A stretch of 64,000 nt of DNA, from positions 64,001 to 128,000 of the forward strand of contig JBMOPW010000020.1 of NCBI GenBank assembly GCA_049322915.1. The letters are read 5' to 3'. Positions 31,401 to 41,497 of this stretch are shown piece after piece; within the stretch, counting starts at the first letter, position 1, and every line of letters begins with the position of its first letter. The position numbers and the translations under genes were made by a program. This DNA comes from Candidatus Zhuqueibacterota bacterium (GTDB taxonomy: Bacteria; Zhuqueibacterota; Zhuqueibacteria; Thermofontimicrobiales; Thermofontimicrobiaceae). The notes below the pieces were generated by a model. It worked only from the letters and a program-made list of their open reading frames with translations. It had not been told where the DNA came from and searched no databases.

Positions 31401-32732
31401 ATGTCGCCACGAAATCTGGTTATCACATTATTGGAACGGCTCGACCAGACAGATGCTTACGCCGACATTCTGCTGACGCGGGAGCTTCGTAATCAGGCGC
31501 TCTCCAGCCGGGATAAGGCGTTTGTTCAGGAAATATTTTATGGGGTGATTCGGTGGCGCCTGCGTCTGGACTGGATGATTGAGCAGCTATTTCAGGGCTC
31601 ATTTTCGAAGTGCCCTCCGTTTGTGAAAAATATTCTGCAAGTGAGTTTCTATCAACTCGCATTCATGGAACGAATTCCGACGTATGCAGTCATCAACGAG
31701 GCTGTGAATTCAGGCAAGAAAAGAGGGGGACCTTACTGGGGGAGCAAGATCAATGCGATCCTGAGGCATTTCAGCCGGGATCGTGCCGGCGTCACCTGGC
31801 CGGATAAGCGGACGTCGCCGGTCAGGCATCTTGCGGTGCGGTATTCGCACCCGCAGTGGCTCGTCGCGCGATGGATTTCGCAGTGGGGCATTGAAGAGAC
31901 AGAAGCGCTTTGTCAGGCCGATAATCAAATCCCGGACGTGACAGTCCGCGTCAATCGATTGAAATCATCGCCGGACCAACTGGCGGAGACATTATCCCGC
32001 CTGGATGTTCAGGTGACGCAATCAACATATAGCCGCGATTTTCTCAGGCTGAAGCACATCCCTGATCTGACGGAGTTGCCTTCGTTTCAGCAGGGATGGT
32101 TCACTGTGCAGGATGTGAGCGCCGGGTTGCCCTGCATTTTGATCGATCCGAAACCGGGGGAACGGATCATCGATTTGTGCGCTGCCCCAGGCGGCAAATC
32201 AACGTACATGGCCGAACTCGCCGGCGATGAAGCCGTGCTGCTGGCGGTTGATAGAAATTATGCCCGACTCAATCTTGTCAGGCAAACGGTGAAGCGGTTG
32301 GGATTGCGTTCGATTCAATTTGCTCAGGCCGATGGCGTTAATTTTTCCAGCCAACCTGTCGACAAAATCCTTGTGGATGCGCCATGCTCTGGCCTGGGTG
32401 TTCTGTCGAAACGCGTTGATCTGCGCTGGAAACGAACTCCTGAGCAAATTCACGAATTAGCGGAAATTCAACTGAACCTGCTGAACAACGCCGCCCAATT
32501 CGTGCGAACCGGCGGCGTGCTGGTCTATTGCACCTGTACCATTGACCCGGAGGAAAATGAACGCGTGGTCGAGGCATTTTTAGCAGGCCATACCTATTTT
32601 GAAATTGAAGATGCGTCGCTGTTCATTGGGAGAGAATTGACCCAGCCCGATGGCAGCGTGAGGACTTTGCCACATCGGCACGGCATGGATGGCTCATTTG
32701 CAGTACGATTGGTCAAGAAGAGCGAGGATTAA
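31401..32732 (+). CDS. rsmB: 16S rRNA m5C967 methyltransferase
   Basis: NusB-like N-terminus, DLCAAPGGKS, DAPCSGLG, YCTCT. Confidence 0.95.
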   Translation: MSPRNLVITLLERLDQTDAYADILLTRELRNQALSSRDKAFVQEIFYGVIRWRLRLDWMIEQLFQGSFSKCPPFVKNILQVSFYQLAFMERIPTYAVINEAVNSGKKRGGPYWGSKINAILRHFSRDRAGVTWPDKRTSPVRHLAVRYSHPQWLVARWISQWGIEETEALCQADNQIPDVTVRVNRLKSSPDQLAETLSRLDVQVTQSTYSRDFLRLKHIPDLTELPSFQQGWFTVQDVSAGLPCILIDPKPGERIIDLCAAPGGKSTYMAELAGDEAVLLAVDRNYARLNLVRQTVKRLGLRSIQFAQADGVNFSSQPVDKILVDAPCSGLGVLSKRVDLRWKRTPEQIHELAEIQLNLLNNAAQFVRTGGVLVYCTCTIDPEENERVVEAFLAGHTYFEIEDASLFIGRELTQPDGSVRTLPHRHGMDGSFAVRLVKKSED

Positions 32733-32738
32733 TTGCGT

Positions 32739-33515
32739 ATGATAGAATGGATTAAAGAAAACAGGATGATCCTATTAAAAAAAGCAGGAATACTTTTCGG
32801 TATTCTGCTGGTCATTTATTTCATTTTCGACGTGTTGATTATGCCGCTGTACACGCGGCACGGGCAGCAAATAACCGTGCCTGACCTTGCCAATTTAATT
32901 TACGAAGATGCGCGCGAACAACTGGACCGCCTCGATCTTGTCGTCGTGGAGGAATCGAAGAAATACGATTCCAGCAACCAATTTCCCATCGGCACCATTA
33001 TGAGCCAGAGTCCCCGGCCGGGTGCGACGGTGAAAAAAGGCCGGCGAATCTATGTCATTGTCAGCAAAGGAGAGCCGAGCCTGGAAATGCCGCAACTGGT
33101 TCATCGCTCCGAGCGCAATGCCATTTTTATGGTTAAAAATCTGGGCCTTGCTCTGCGGGACGTGCGGTACGATCATTCGGACGTCATCCCGGAGGGCGCT
33201 GTGTATTTTCAGAATATTCCGCCGGGCTCTGAGGTGAAAACCGGCACGCTCGTGGATATCGGCGTCAGTCTGGGACGTTTCCCGGATCGGTTCATTGTGC
33301 CGGCGCTCGTCGGCCGGAGTCTCCCTGATGCCAAAAAAATTATCATCCAGGCCGGGCTGACTATTGGAGATATTAAGTACGAAATTGATGAAAATCTTTT
33401 GCCGAATACAATCATTGCGCAATCCGTGAAAGAGAACGAAGTGGTCAATCAGGGCGACAGCATCGACCTGGTGGTGAGCCGGGAACCGGATCGGGACGGG
33501 GGAGCCATCCAATGA
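32739..33515 (+). CDS. PASTA-domain protein (TM + 3 PASTA, no kinase)
   Basis: YTRHG..ITVPDL, SQSPRPG..VK..VSKG repeats. Confidence 0.9.
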   Translation: MIEWIKENRMILLKKAGILFGILLVIYFIFDVLIMPLYTRHGQQITVPDLANLIYEDAREQLDRLDLVVVEESKKYDSSNQFPIGTIMSQSPRPGATVKKGRRIYVIVSKGEPSLEMPQLVHRSERNAIFMVKNLGLALRDVRYDHSDVIPEGAVYFQNIPPGSEVKTGTLVDIGVSLGRFPDRFIVPALVGRSLPDAKKIIIQAGLTIGDIKYEIDENLLPNTIIAQSVKENEVVNQGDSIDLVVSREPDRDGGAIQ

Positions 33516-34186
33516 TTTTAATTGCGCCTTCCATATTGGCCGCCGACTTTGCCAGGCTGAAAGAGCAGGTGGCGGAGGTCGAACGCGCCGGCGCCGATTG
33601 GATTCATGTGGACATTATGGATGGCCATTTTGTGCCCAATCTGACGTTCGGCCCGGACGTGGTTGCTGCCGTTCGAAAGATGACCCGACTTTTTCTGGAT
33701 GTTCACCTGATGGTGCAGGAACCGGATTTCATCATTCCCCGTTTCCGCGAAGCAGGGGCGGAAATGATCACGATTCAGGTGGAGGCGGTGAGACATATTC
33801 ATCGCTCGCTCCAGTTGATTCATGATTGCGGCGCACAGGCCGGCGTTGCTCTGAATCCCGGTACCCCGGCAGCGAGTCTGGAAGCGATTTTGCCGGATGT
33901 GCAGCTCATTTTGGCCATGACAGTCAATCCCGGCTATGGGGGTCAGCGGTTCATTCCCTCGGTAGTTCCCAAAATTGCCCGGATCGCGGAGCAGATCAAA
34001 GACCAGCATCGGCACATCCACCTGCAAGTGGATGGCGGCGTCGACGCGGAAACAGCGCCGATTGTGGCTCAGGCCGGAGCGGATGTTCTGGTTGCCGGCA
34101 CATCGGTATTTCGGCAGGACGATATTCCGGCCGCTATGAAAAAGCTCAGGCAGAGCGCTGCGCCGGAGATCAGTCGACAGGCTTGA
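33512..34186 (+). CDS. rpe: Ribulose-phosphate 3-epimerase
   Basis: IAPSIL, HVDIMDGHFVPN, MTVNPG, VDGG. Confidence 0.97.
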   Translation: MILIAPSILAADFARLKEQVAEVERAGADWIHVDIMDGHFVPNLTFGPDVVAAVRKMTRLFLDVHLMVQEPDFIIPRFREAGAEMITIQVEAVRHIHRSLQLIHDCGAQAGVALNPGTPAASLEAILPDVQLILAMTVNPGYGGQRFIPSVVPKIARIAEQIKDQHRHIHLQVDGGVDAETAPIVAQAGADVLVAGTSVFRQDDIPAAMKKLRQSAAPEISRQA

Positions 34187-34233
34187 CCCGGGATGAATCA
34201 ACGGATATATTTTCAGCGAGTTGAAGGAGGAAC

Positions 34234-34488
34234 ATGCTCACTTACCGTGGTGTTGTGAAGTGGTTCGATGAAATTAAAGGGTACGGTTACATTCAATGCG
34301 ATGAGAAGAAGACAGAGGTGTTTGTCCATTTTTCCGATATCGTGCAGGAAAAGGGATTCAGAACTCTGGCGCCGGGGACGCTCGTTGAGTTTGAAATGAT
34401 TTCTGGCGAACATGGACCCAGGGCCATGAATGTCGTTAAGCTGGCCGAGCAACTTGTCAACAGGCCCAATGTGAAAAAAATGGGGTGA
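34234..34488 (+). CDS. Cold-shock domain protein
   Basis: GVVKWF..KGYGYI, VFVHFS. Confidence 0.92.
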   Translation: MLTYRGVVKWFDEIKGYGYIQCDEKKTEVFVHFSDIVQEKGFRTLAPGTLVEFEMISGEHGPRAMNVVKLAEQLVNRPNVKKMG

Positions 34489-34553
34489 AATGAGCGGCCA
34501 ATCGGCACTTCGGGTGACCGGTTTTGTTGAAGCTAATTTTATCAACCGAGGCG

Positions 34554-35009
34554 ATGATGAAAAAACTTTTCGGTGAAGCAGACATAAAAAAAATTGCAAA
34601 GATCCTCAATTGTGATTGGAAATTCCGCGGCAACAACTACCGGCTGATGCTCGAAGATGAGGCCAATAATCGGAAGCTGTTTCTCGAAATTTACCCGGAT
34701 ATTCAAATCGGACCTGAGATAGGAAATCTGATTTCAGTGTACACGGCAAATACCCATTTGCAGCTTCATTTTTGCCAGGGCTTTGTTGTGAGCGAAATGT
34801 TGGGAGAAGTGACTTTTTACAATGAAAAACAGGGGTCTGTCAATGGCCTGATTGTGGAGCGCGAGGTCGGATGTTCGATGTACTCGAATGTGGATCGTCG
34901 CGTGCTTTCCGGCGATTTTTCAAATATGGGGCCGGAAGTGATGCTCGGCGGCATTGCCATGTCATTGACAGAACATATGTTGGATGCACATACGAATCGC
35001 CAGGAATAG
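34554..35009 (+). CDS. Hypothetical protein
   Basis: Co-directional ORF inside the operon with plausible composition; no recognised motif. Confidence 0.7.
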   Translation: MMKKLFGEADIKKIAKILNCDWKFRGNNYRLMLEDEANNRKLFLEIYPDIQIGPEIGNLISVYTANTHLQLHFCQGFVVSEMLGEVTFYNEKQGSVNGLIVEREVGCSMYSNVDRRVLSGDFSNMGPEVMLGGIAMSLTEHMLDAHTNRQE

Positions 35010-35027
35010 GAATTGTCAGATCGAATC

Positions 35028-35942
35028 ATGGAAACGAATGTCGATGAATTTATAAATTTTTTGATCGTCGAACGGAATTTAGCGAAGAATACGATTGAAG
35101 CCTATGCGACCGACTTGAACCATTACATCGATTTTTTATCCACACGTAACGTGCAACAGGTCGGGCAGATAAAGATGGAAGATGTGCTGGCATATCTGAC
35201 AGCGCTTCAGCGACAGGATTATTCGACACTGACTGTTGCCCGGCATTTATCCGCAATCAGGATGTTCCACCGATTTTTAATGGCTGAAAATATCACCACC
35301 AACAGCCCCGTTGAAAATATCGATTCCCCCAAATTGGCAAAGCGAATACCCATCGTCCTGGATCAGTCCGAGATCGGGCGATTATTAGCCCAGCCTGACA
35401 TCACAAATCCGCGAGGATTGCGCGATCGGGCGTTGCTCGAATTTGCCTATGCGACCGGGGTGCGCGTTTCCGAATTGCTGTCCGTTGAACTGGAAAATGT
35501 GCTGTTCGCTGATCAACTGGTTCGCATCGTGGGCAAGGGGTCCAGAGTGCGGCTCATTCCCATCGGCGAGCAGGCTCTGTATTTTGTGGACCAATATCTC
35601 AAAACGAGCCGGCCGATTTTGAAGCGAAAAACCGGCGAGATTCCCACCGTCTTCGTGAGCCATTTAGGGCGTCCGTTAACGCGGATGGGTTTCTGGAAAA
35701 TACTGAGAAAGTACGCGGTACAGGCCAACATCTCCAAACACATTTCGCCGCATAGCATTCGGCATTCCTTTGCAACACATTTGATCGAGGGCGGGGCAGA
35801 CCTGCGGGCTGTGCAGGAAATGCTGGGGCATGTCAATATTTCCACGACGCAAATTTACACACACCTCGACCGCGAGTATTTGAAAGAGATTCACCGGACA
35901 TTTCATCCAAGAGAACGTGAGTATTATAAAAAACGAATGTAA
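35028..35942 (+). CDS. xerD: Tyrosine recombinase XerD
   Basis: YATGVRVSE, HSIRHSFATH, LGH..ISTTQIYTH, HPR. Confidence 0.93.
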   Translation: METNVDEFINFLIVERNLAKNTIEAYATDLNHYIDFLSTRNVQQVGQIKMEDVLAYLTALQRQDYSTLTVARHLSAIRMFHRFLMAENITTNSPVENIDSPKLAKRIPIVLDQSEIGRLLAQPDITNPRGLRDRALLEFAYATGVRVSELLSVELENVLFADQLVRIVGKGSRVRLIPIGEQALYFVDQYLKTSRPILKRKTGEIPTVFVSHLGRPLTRMGFWKILRKYAVQANISKHISPHSIRHSFATHLIEGGADLRAVQEMLGHVNISTTQIYTHLDREYLKEIHRTFHPREREYYKKRM

Positions 35943-35965
35943 GTTAAATATGAGATTGGTTAAGA

Positions 35966-36769
35966 ATGACATCTGGATTCAGTTTTGATTTGTTATCAGA
36001 AGAGAAGATTCGCGCATCGCTCGAAGGGACAACATTTGTCAATAAAATATACGCGTTCTGGACGGTGAGCTCCACGAATAATTTTGCCTATAAACTGGCC
36101 ATGCATGGTTTGGACGAAGGGACGCTGGTGATTGCCGAAGAACAGTCCCATGGTCGTGGCAGAAAAGCGCGCGTGTGGGATTCGCAATTCAACCAGGGAT
36201 TATGGTTTTCTCTCATTTTACGGCCGGACATTGCCGCGTCCAAAGTAGGGCTGCTGCCGTTTTTAGCCAGCGTTTCCATTGCTGAAGCTGTGGAATCCCT
36301 CATCGGCCTTCGACCGGAATTGAAATGGCCCAACGACGCGCTGCTGGCGGGGAAGAAGTTCTGCGGCATTTTATCTGAAGTTGAATTTATCAATGGTCGG
36401 ATAAAATTCATCATTCTGGGAATTGGATTGAATGTCAATCACAAGCCCGATGATTTCTCCCCGGCCATCCGGGAACAGGCCACCTCCCTGCGCATTCAAG
36501 CTGGAATTCGAATCAATCGGACCGATCTGTTAGCGCACATTCTACGACGATTTGAAATTAATTACAGCTCTTTCAAATCGAATGGGATTTCGCCAATCCT
36601 GAAGCAATGGAAGGCCCGCTGCTCCCGATTGGGCAAGAGCATTCAGGTCGTGCAGGAAGATACTCGCTATGACGGAATTTTTCAGGACATCGACAGCGAG
36701 GGATGTCTGATTCTGAAACTGAACACTGGCCAGACCCTGAAAGTAATTGCCGGAGATGTTGTGTTTTAA
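35966..36769 (+). CDS. birA: Biotin-protein ligase (no N-terminal HTH)
   Basis: SSTN, QSHGRGR, KWPND, KKFCGIL. Confidence 0.93.
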   Translation: MTSGFSFDLLSEEKIRASLEGTTFVNKIYAFWTVSSTNNFAYKLAMHGLDEGTLVIAEEQSHGRGRKARVWDSQFNQGLWFSLILRPDIAASKVGLLPFLASVSIAEAVESLIGLRPELKWPNDALLAGKKFCGILSEVEFINGRIKFIILGIGLNVNHKPDDFSPAIREQATSLRIQAGIRINRTDLLAHILRRFEINYSSFKSNGISPILKQWKARCSRLGKSIQVVQEDTRYDGIFQDIDSEGCLILKLNTGQTLKVIAGDVVF

Positions 36770-36997
36770 TTGTTACCCATCATTGTGGAATTTTTTGAGG
36801 ATCAATTTTTTAGTACCAGGTCACAAATAAATTCCACCATTCAAAAGAAAAATGCAACACTCAGGCAAAACATGATGTCATGGATGAAGCGGACAGAACT
36901 CTGAAAATTGAATTGTGGTTGTTGTTATCCATTTGTGATTTAAAAATATGAATGACCAGTTATAATTTTGGCGACTATATTATTATTGGACATACGC

Positions 36998-37025
36998 GTA
37001 GTGGACGGTCGCGACCGTCCACTAC
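36998..37025. repeat. GTAG-type REP palindrome
   Basis: Perfect 28-bp palindrome GTAGTGGACGGTCGCGACCGTCCACTAC. Confidence 0.75.
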
Positions 37026-37317
37026 AGATACAAAAAAGTATCGAATTCATTGCCCATGCTTTCATCTGGTCATTCAAATTGAAAATTGTTTTTGGAATTT
37101 GCCAGAATAGCGGTTCAGAAATTCAGGTATTACGCACAAAGATCGCTGCGCCGGACAAATGTGTGATACATAACCGCTGGTCAAACCGCGCGATGCCGGA
37201 GGGAAGTAGCACCGGACTTCGGATATACGGCTGGCGGTTCGGGGCCGGCAATTGGCCAGCCCGGTCGAGTTTGCTTTTTTAACGACATTGGACTTTTCTA
37301 TGTTTATGGAGGATGTA

Positions 37318-38088
37318 ATGCTTCTCACAGTTGATATTGGCAATACAAACGTTGTTGTTGGAATTTACGATGGAGAAAAACTGATCGCGCACTGGCGAAT
37401 ATCCAGTCTCTACGCGCGCACCGGGGATGAATGCTGGATCCTGTTATCTTCTTTATTCCACTCGCATTCGATTGCCATTGATGCCATTGAAGGTGGAATT
37501 ATCTCTTCGGTTGTTCCCAATTTGACGCCTTCCTATCAGCAGATTCTGGAATCCTATTTCCATGTGGATCCTGTCATTGTGAGCTCTGATTTGAAACTCG
37601 ATTTGAAAATATTGTACGAAAATCCGGCATCGGTGGGCGCTGATCGCATCTGCAATGCTGTGGCCGGATTCCATAAATTCGGCGGGCCCCTTGTTATACT
37701 CGATTTTGGCACGGCAACCACATTCGATGTGGTCAATGAAAACAACGAATATCTCGGCGGTATCATCGCTCCGGGCATTGAAATGAGCGCATCGGTGCTG
37801 CATCAACGCGCGGCACGGCTGCCCAAAGTCGGCCTCAAATTTCCCGCTTCTGTCATCGGACGCACCACGGAAAGCAGCATTCAATCCGGGCTGATGTACG
37901 GCACTGTCGAATTGATCAACGGTCTGATCGCCCGAATCGAAAACGAAATGGGCAGGCAATTGAAAACTGTGGCGACCGGCGGACTGGCGAGCATCGTTAC
38001 TCCATTTACCAATAAAATTTCCAGCCTTGAACCATTCCTCACGCTGGACGGACTGCGGCTCATTTATGAACAGGTGGCCATGCGTTAA
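37318..38088 (+). CDS. coaX: Type III pantothenate kinase
   Basis: DIGNTN, SSVVP, GADR, DFGTATT, ATGG. Confidence 0.95.
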   Translation: MLLTVDIGNTNVVVGIYDGEKLIAHWRISSLYARTGDECWILLSSLFHSHSIAIDAIEGGIISSVVPNLTPSYQQILESYFHVDPVIVSSDLKLDLKILYENPASVGADRICNAVAGFHKFGGPLVILDFGTATTFDVVNENNEYLGGIIAPGIEMSASVLHQRAARLPKVGLKFPASVIGRTTESSIQSGLMYGTVELINGLIARIENEMGRQLKTVATGGLASIVTPFTNKISSLEPFLTLDGLRLIYEQVAMR

Positions 38089-38754
38089 GAAAATTTAAAA
38101 TAAATTCTTGTCATCTCCATTCATGTTTCTCTGAGAAAGCCGACATATTATTGGCCTCCTCGCGGGACAATTATCATTCACTTTCCTCATTCATCATTAC
38201 CCCACAACAATCATTGTCAATGCCGCGCTGCATTTTAATGCGCGCGCGCCTGGTTTTGAATTTCTTCAATCCACCCTGCAACGGTGGATCTGATGAAATC
38301 AAATATTTATTTTCATTAAAATTTATTGGGCAATATAACGCAATTGTTATGTGATTCATACACCGCGAGGTTTTCAGTGGCATCGGTTCTCATCATGGAC
38401 AGAGATATTATTTCGTTGAATGATAATTGAAATCTGCAGACGGGTGGTAATTCATTATAAAGAAAAGTCGACATAGTAAACTGGAAAATTTTAGTTGGTT
38501 CGATTAATTTCAGTGCAGTGGCGGCAGTCATGGCGCATCGCGATGTGAAGGATGGCCGGGGCCGATTCAGTCGGATTGGCCAAAATTACCGGTTGCATTG
38601 GGTGAAATAATTCATTGAAAATATAAATAGTTGAGCCAGTGTGACATATCTGTGATTCAATGGACATACTGGTAACGTTAAATTAACGAAGCTCGCTAAT
38701 TGCATGAAAAAAAAAGAGTAAATAAATTAGCATATCATTACCATTTAATTTTTA

Positions 38755-38769
38755 TGGTATAATCTTTGC
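38755..38769 (+). promoter_or_regulatory. Putative sigma54 (-24/-12) promoter
   Basis: TGGTATAATCTTTGC (GG-N10-GC) after an AT-rich tract. Confidence 0.5.
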
Positions 38770-39276
38770 CTTTTTAGGGTCTCAATCCATCCGGACTGCA
38801 ATAGACCCTGGTAGAGCACCGAACATAAATCGGTCCTGTGGAGGTTCACGCTGTCACTCATTTTTCAGGCGAATTCGAGAAAACGTCCTGTGCGGTGGGT
38901 GATAGACCGGATTCACCGGACGAACGCGAGTCAAGCCTGGCCAAAGTGCTGTCGATGCGCCCGTCATTGTCACAGCGGGAAAATGGCCGCTGGAAAATTT
39001 TAGCGTCATGCGAAGCAGGCGCGCCGGCTCACGATTCATCCTGTGAAATTCAATTCGATGTATCAGCGGGAATTTTGGCAACATCTTTGAAGCGCAGCAT
39101 GTAGCAGCGACGAAATTGCCTGCAGCAGACCTGGCTGATAATTGCCCAATTTCTCCGGAGTGAGATGAAATCAAGGCTGCCACTTGACCTCAATCCGGGG
39201 AAGAAACCAATAGTCCGGATGTCGACGCCGGGATAGACCGGCTGCCATTCTGAAAATTCTCTTTCCACTGAATGCG

Positions 39277-40017
39277 ATGACAAAACCAATTCGATCAGGT
39301 ACAACATACACGGATGATACTGTAGCTTCACCATCCACGGTTGCGGAGGATGACCAGCCCGATTTTTGGGATGTCATGATGACTGTTATCCATGATCTCA
39401 GAAATTCATTGAGCGCAATGAAAGGCTACGCCACCCTGATGATCCATGACCTGCAAGTCGATGATAAGTTGTACAGTTGCACATCAAAAATTCTGGACTG
39501 TATCATCAAGGTTGAGAATTTATTTCACGATATTCAATCCGTTGCCCGGAGTGGGAAGGTTCAGTACGAGACCGGTGAGGTGAGAAAATTAATTCAGATG
39601 AATGTCGATGCGTTTCAGTCGTCGGGGCAAAATAGCGACATCACCGTTGAGACGAGTTATCCGCCGGAAGCGATTTTCATCAGGCGCTCAACGGAAATCT
39701 TCTCCCGAATGGTGATGATTTTGCTGACGGAAATGTCATCATTTTATGAGGCAATTCGGGTTCATGTGAAAAAAGTAAACGGTGAAAGAGTCCGCTTTGT
39801 TTTTGAAGGCACGTTGAATTCCGATTTCCGAAGCGATGTGATTGGGGAAGTCGATAGCAGAAACTTCAAAAAGACAATGAATGACGTGTCGTTCCTGATA
39901 GTCAAAAAAATCATTGAAATTCACAATGGTCAGATACGATTTGAAATTGGTCGTGATTTACATGAGAGTTATGTGATCGAAATCCCTGTAGTTCAAGAGC
40001 GTTCGCTGAAAACTTGA
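39277..40017 (+). CDS. Degenerate histidine kinase (intact H-box, eroded ATPase domain)
   Basis: IHDLRNSLSAMKGYA DHp; IVKKIIEIHNGQI tail; N, G1 and G2 boxes absent. Confidence 0.7.
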   Translation: MTKPIRSGTTYTDDTVASPSTVAEDDQPDFWDVMMTVIHDLRNSLSAMKGYATLMIHDLQVDDKLYSCTSKILDCIIKVENLFHDIQSVARSGKVQYETGEVRKLIQMNVDAFQSSGQNSDITVETSYPPEAIFIRRSTEIFSRMVMILLTEMSSFYEAIRVHVKKVNGERVRFVFEGTLNSDFRSDVIGEVDSRNFKKTMNDVSFLIVKKIIEIHNGQIRFEIGRDLHESYVIEIPVVQERSLKT

Positions 40018-40039
40018 GGCTGTTGAAAGGTAAGCAGAG

Positions 40040-41413
40040 ATGGATAATAAGAAACGATTGTTGGTCGTGGATGACGAAGTTCATACGACGGAGATGATGA
40101 AGGAGGCGCTCTCACGACCGGAGTACGAAATAAAAACTACTTACAACGCAGAGAGCGGATTGTCCCTGGTTAATAGCAGCAATTTTCATCTTGTGATTAC
40201 TGATATTCGTTTACCGCGAATGGATGGGATTGAGTTATTGAAAAGAATAAAACATAACAATCCGAATATTGGTGTCATCGTCATGACGGGCTATGCTACC
40301 GTCGAATCTGCGGTCAATGCCATGAAAATTGGCGCATTTGATTATGTAATAAAACCGTTTTCAGTGGATGATATGTGTCATACCGTATCCCGCTACTTTG
40401 AAATGTCTGAGATTAAAAATGAAAACAAAATTCTGAAGCGGCAACTGGAAGAGAAATATGGATTGGAAAATATCATTGGCAAGAGCAAAGCCATGAAGGG
40501 TATTTACGATCTGATACGGACTGTGGCGTTGAGCGACTCGACGGTGCTGATCAAAGGCGCCAGCGGCACCGGGAAGGAACTGGTTGCGCGCGCTATTTAT
40601 GCGCAGAGCCCCCGCAAAAACAAGGTCTTCATCACCGCCAACTGCGCAGCCTGGCCAGAGTCGCTGGTAGAGTCGGAATTATTCGGCCATGTGAAAGGAG
40701 CGTTTACCGGAGCAACTCAGGACAAGAAAGGCATCTTTGAGGAGGCCGATGGAGGCACCATTCTTCTGGATGAAATCAGCGAGTTGAATTATAGCCTGCA
40801 GGCAAAGCTCTTGCGGGTGCTGCAGGAACGGGAGATCATTCGCGTCGGAAGCACGGAACGGATTCCTGTGGATGTGCGAATTATTGCCACGACCAATCGC
40901 GATTTGGATACGATGATCGCTGAGAGAAAATTCAGGGAGGACTTGTTCTTCCGGCTGAATGTTGTTCCCATCACGATGCCGTCGCTGAAAGAAAAGAAAG
41001 AAGATATTTTTCCCTTGATAGACCATTTCCTGGTCAAGTTTTCGGAGAAAAATCACAAGGACGTCAGAACGCTGGCCAATGAGGTGAAGGAGCTATTCCT
41101 GGCCTATGACTGGCCGGGAAATGTGCGTGAGCTGGAAAACCTGATCGAACGCGCCATTGTCACGTCGGATAATTGCCGGGAACTCACGCTGAAAAATTTT
41201 AAAGAGCTTGTTGAAAATATGGAAAAACGATCGGCGAACTCGATCATTGTTGTGGATGAATCGCTGCTATCGCTCGCTCTTGTCGAGAAAAATCACATTG
41301 AAAAAGTGCTTCAATTATGTAAAGGCAACAAAACCCGTGCTGCCGAAGTGCTGGGTATCAGCGTTCGAACGCTCCGGAACAAGCTCAATGAATACCGGAG
41401 AGGTAAAACGTAA
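40040..41413 (+). CDS. Sigma54-dependent response regulator (NtrC/FleR/FlbD-like)
   Basis: REC domain, GASGTGKE, ELFGHVKGAFTGA, WPGNVREL, HTH LGISVRTLRNKLNEY. Confidence 0.95.
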   Translation: MDNKKRLLVVDDEVHTTEMMKEALSRPEYEIKTTYNAESGLSLVNSSNFHLVITDIRLPRMDGIELLKRIKHNNPNIGVIVMTGYATVESAVNAMKIGAFDYVIKPFSVDDMCHTVSRYFEMSEIKNENKILKRQLEEKYGLENIIGKSKAMKGIYDLIRTVALSDSTVLIKGASGTGKELVARAIYAQSPRKNKVFITANCAAWPESLVESELFGHVKGAFTGATQDKKGIFEEADGGTILLDEISELNYSLQAKLLRVLQEREIIRVGSTERIPVDVRIIATTNRDLDTMIAERKFREDLFFRLNVVPITMPSLKEKKEDIFPLIDHFLVKFSEKNHKDVRTLANEVKELFLAYDWPGNVRELENLIERAIVTSDNCRELTLKNFKELVENMEKRSANSIIVVDESLLSLALVEKNHIEKVLQLCKGNKTRAAEVLGISVRTLRNKLNEYRRGKT

Positions 41414-41497
41414 GTCCTGTTCCTATTGCTCCGCTCGAATTCATCTGGCCGTTGAATAGGAACGTAAAGGGCAGAGCGCATTCCCTGGGTCAGCCGA

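Noticed and set aside
35028..35942. Phage or island integrase
   Set aside because: Canonical XerD motifs within a housekeeping operon; no att sites or mobile genes nearby
37185..37265. SRP RNA (CCGGAGGGAAGTAGC)
   Set aside because: Lacks the conserved CAGG strand of the SRP domain IV loop and a convincing long stem
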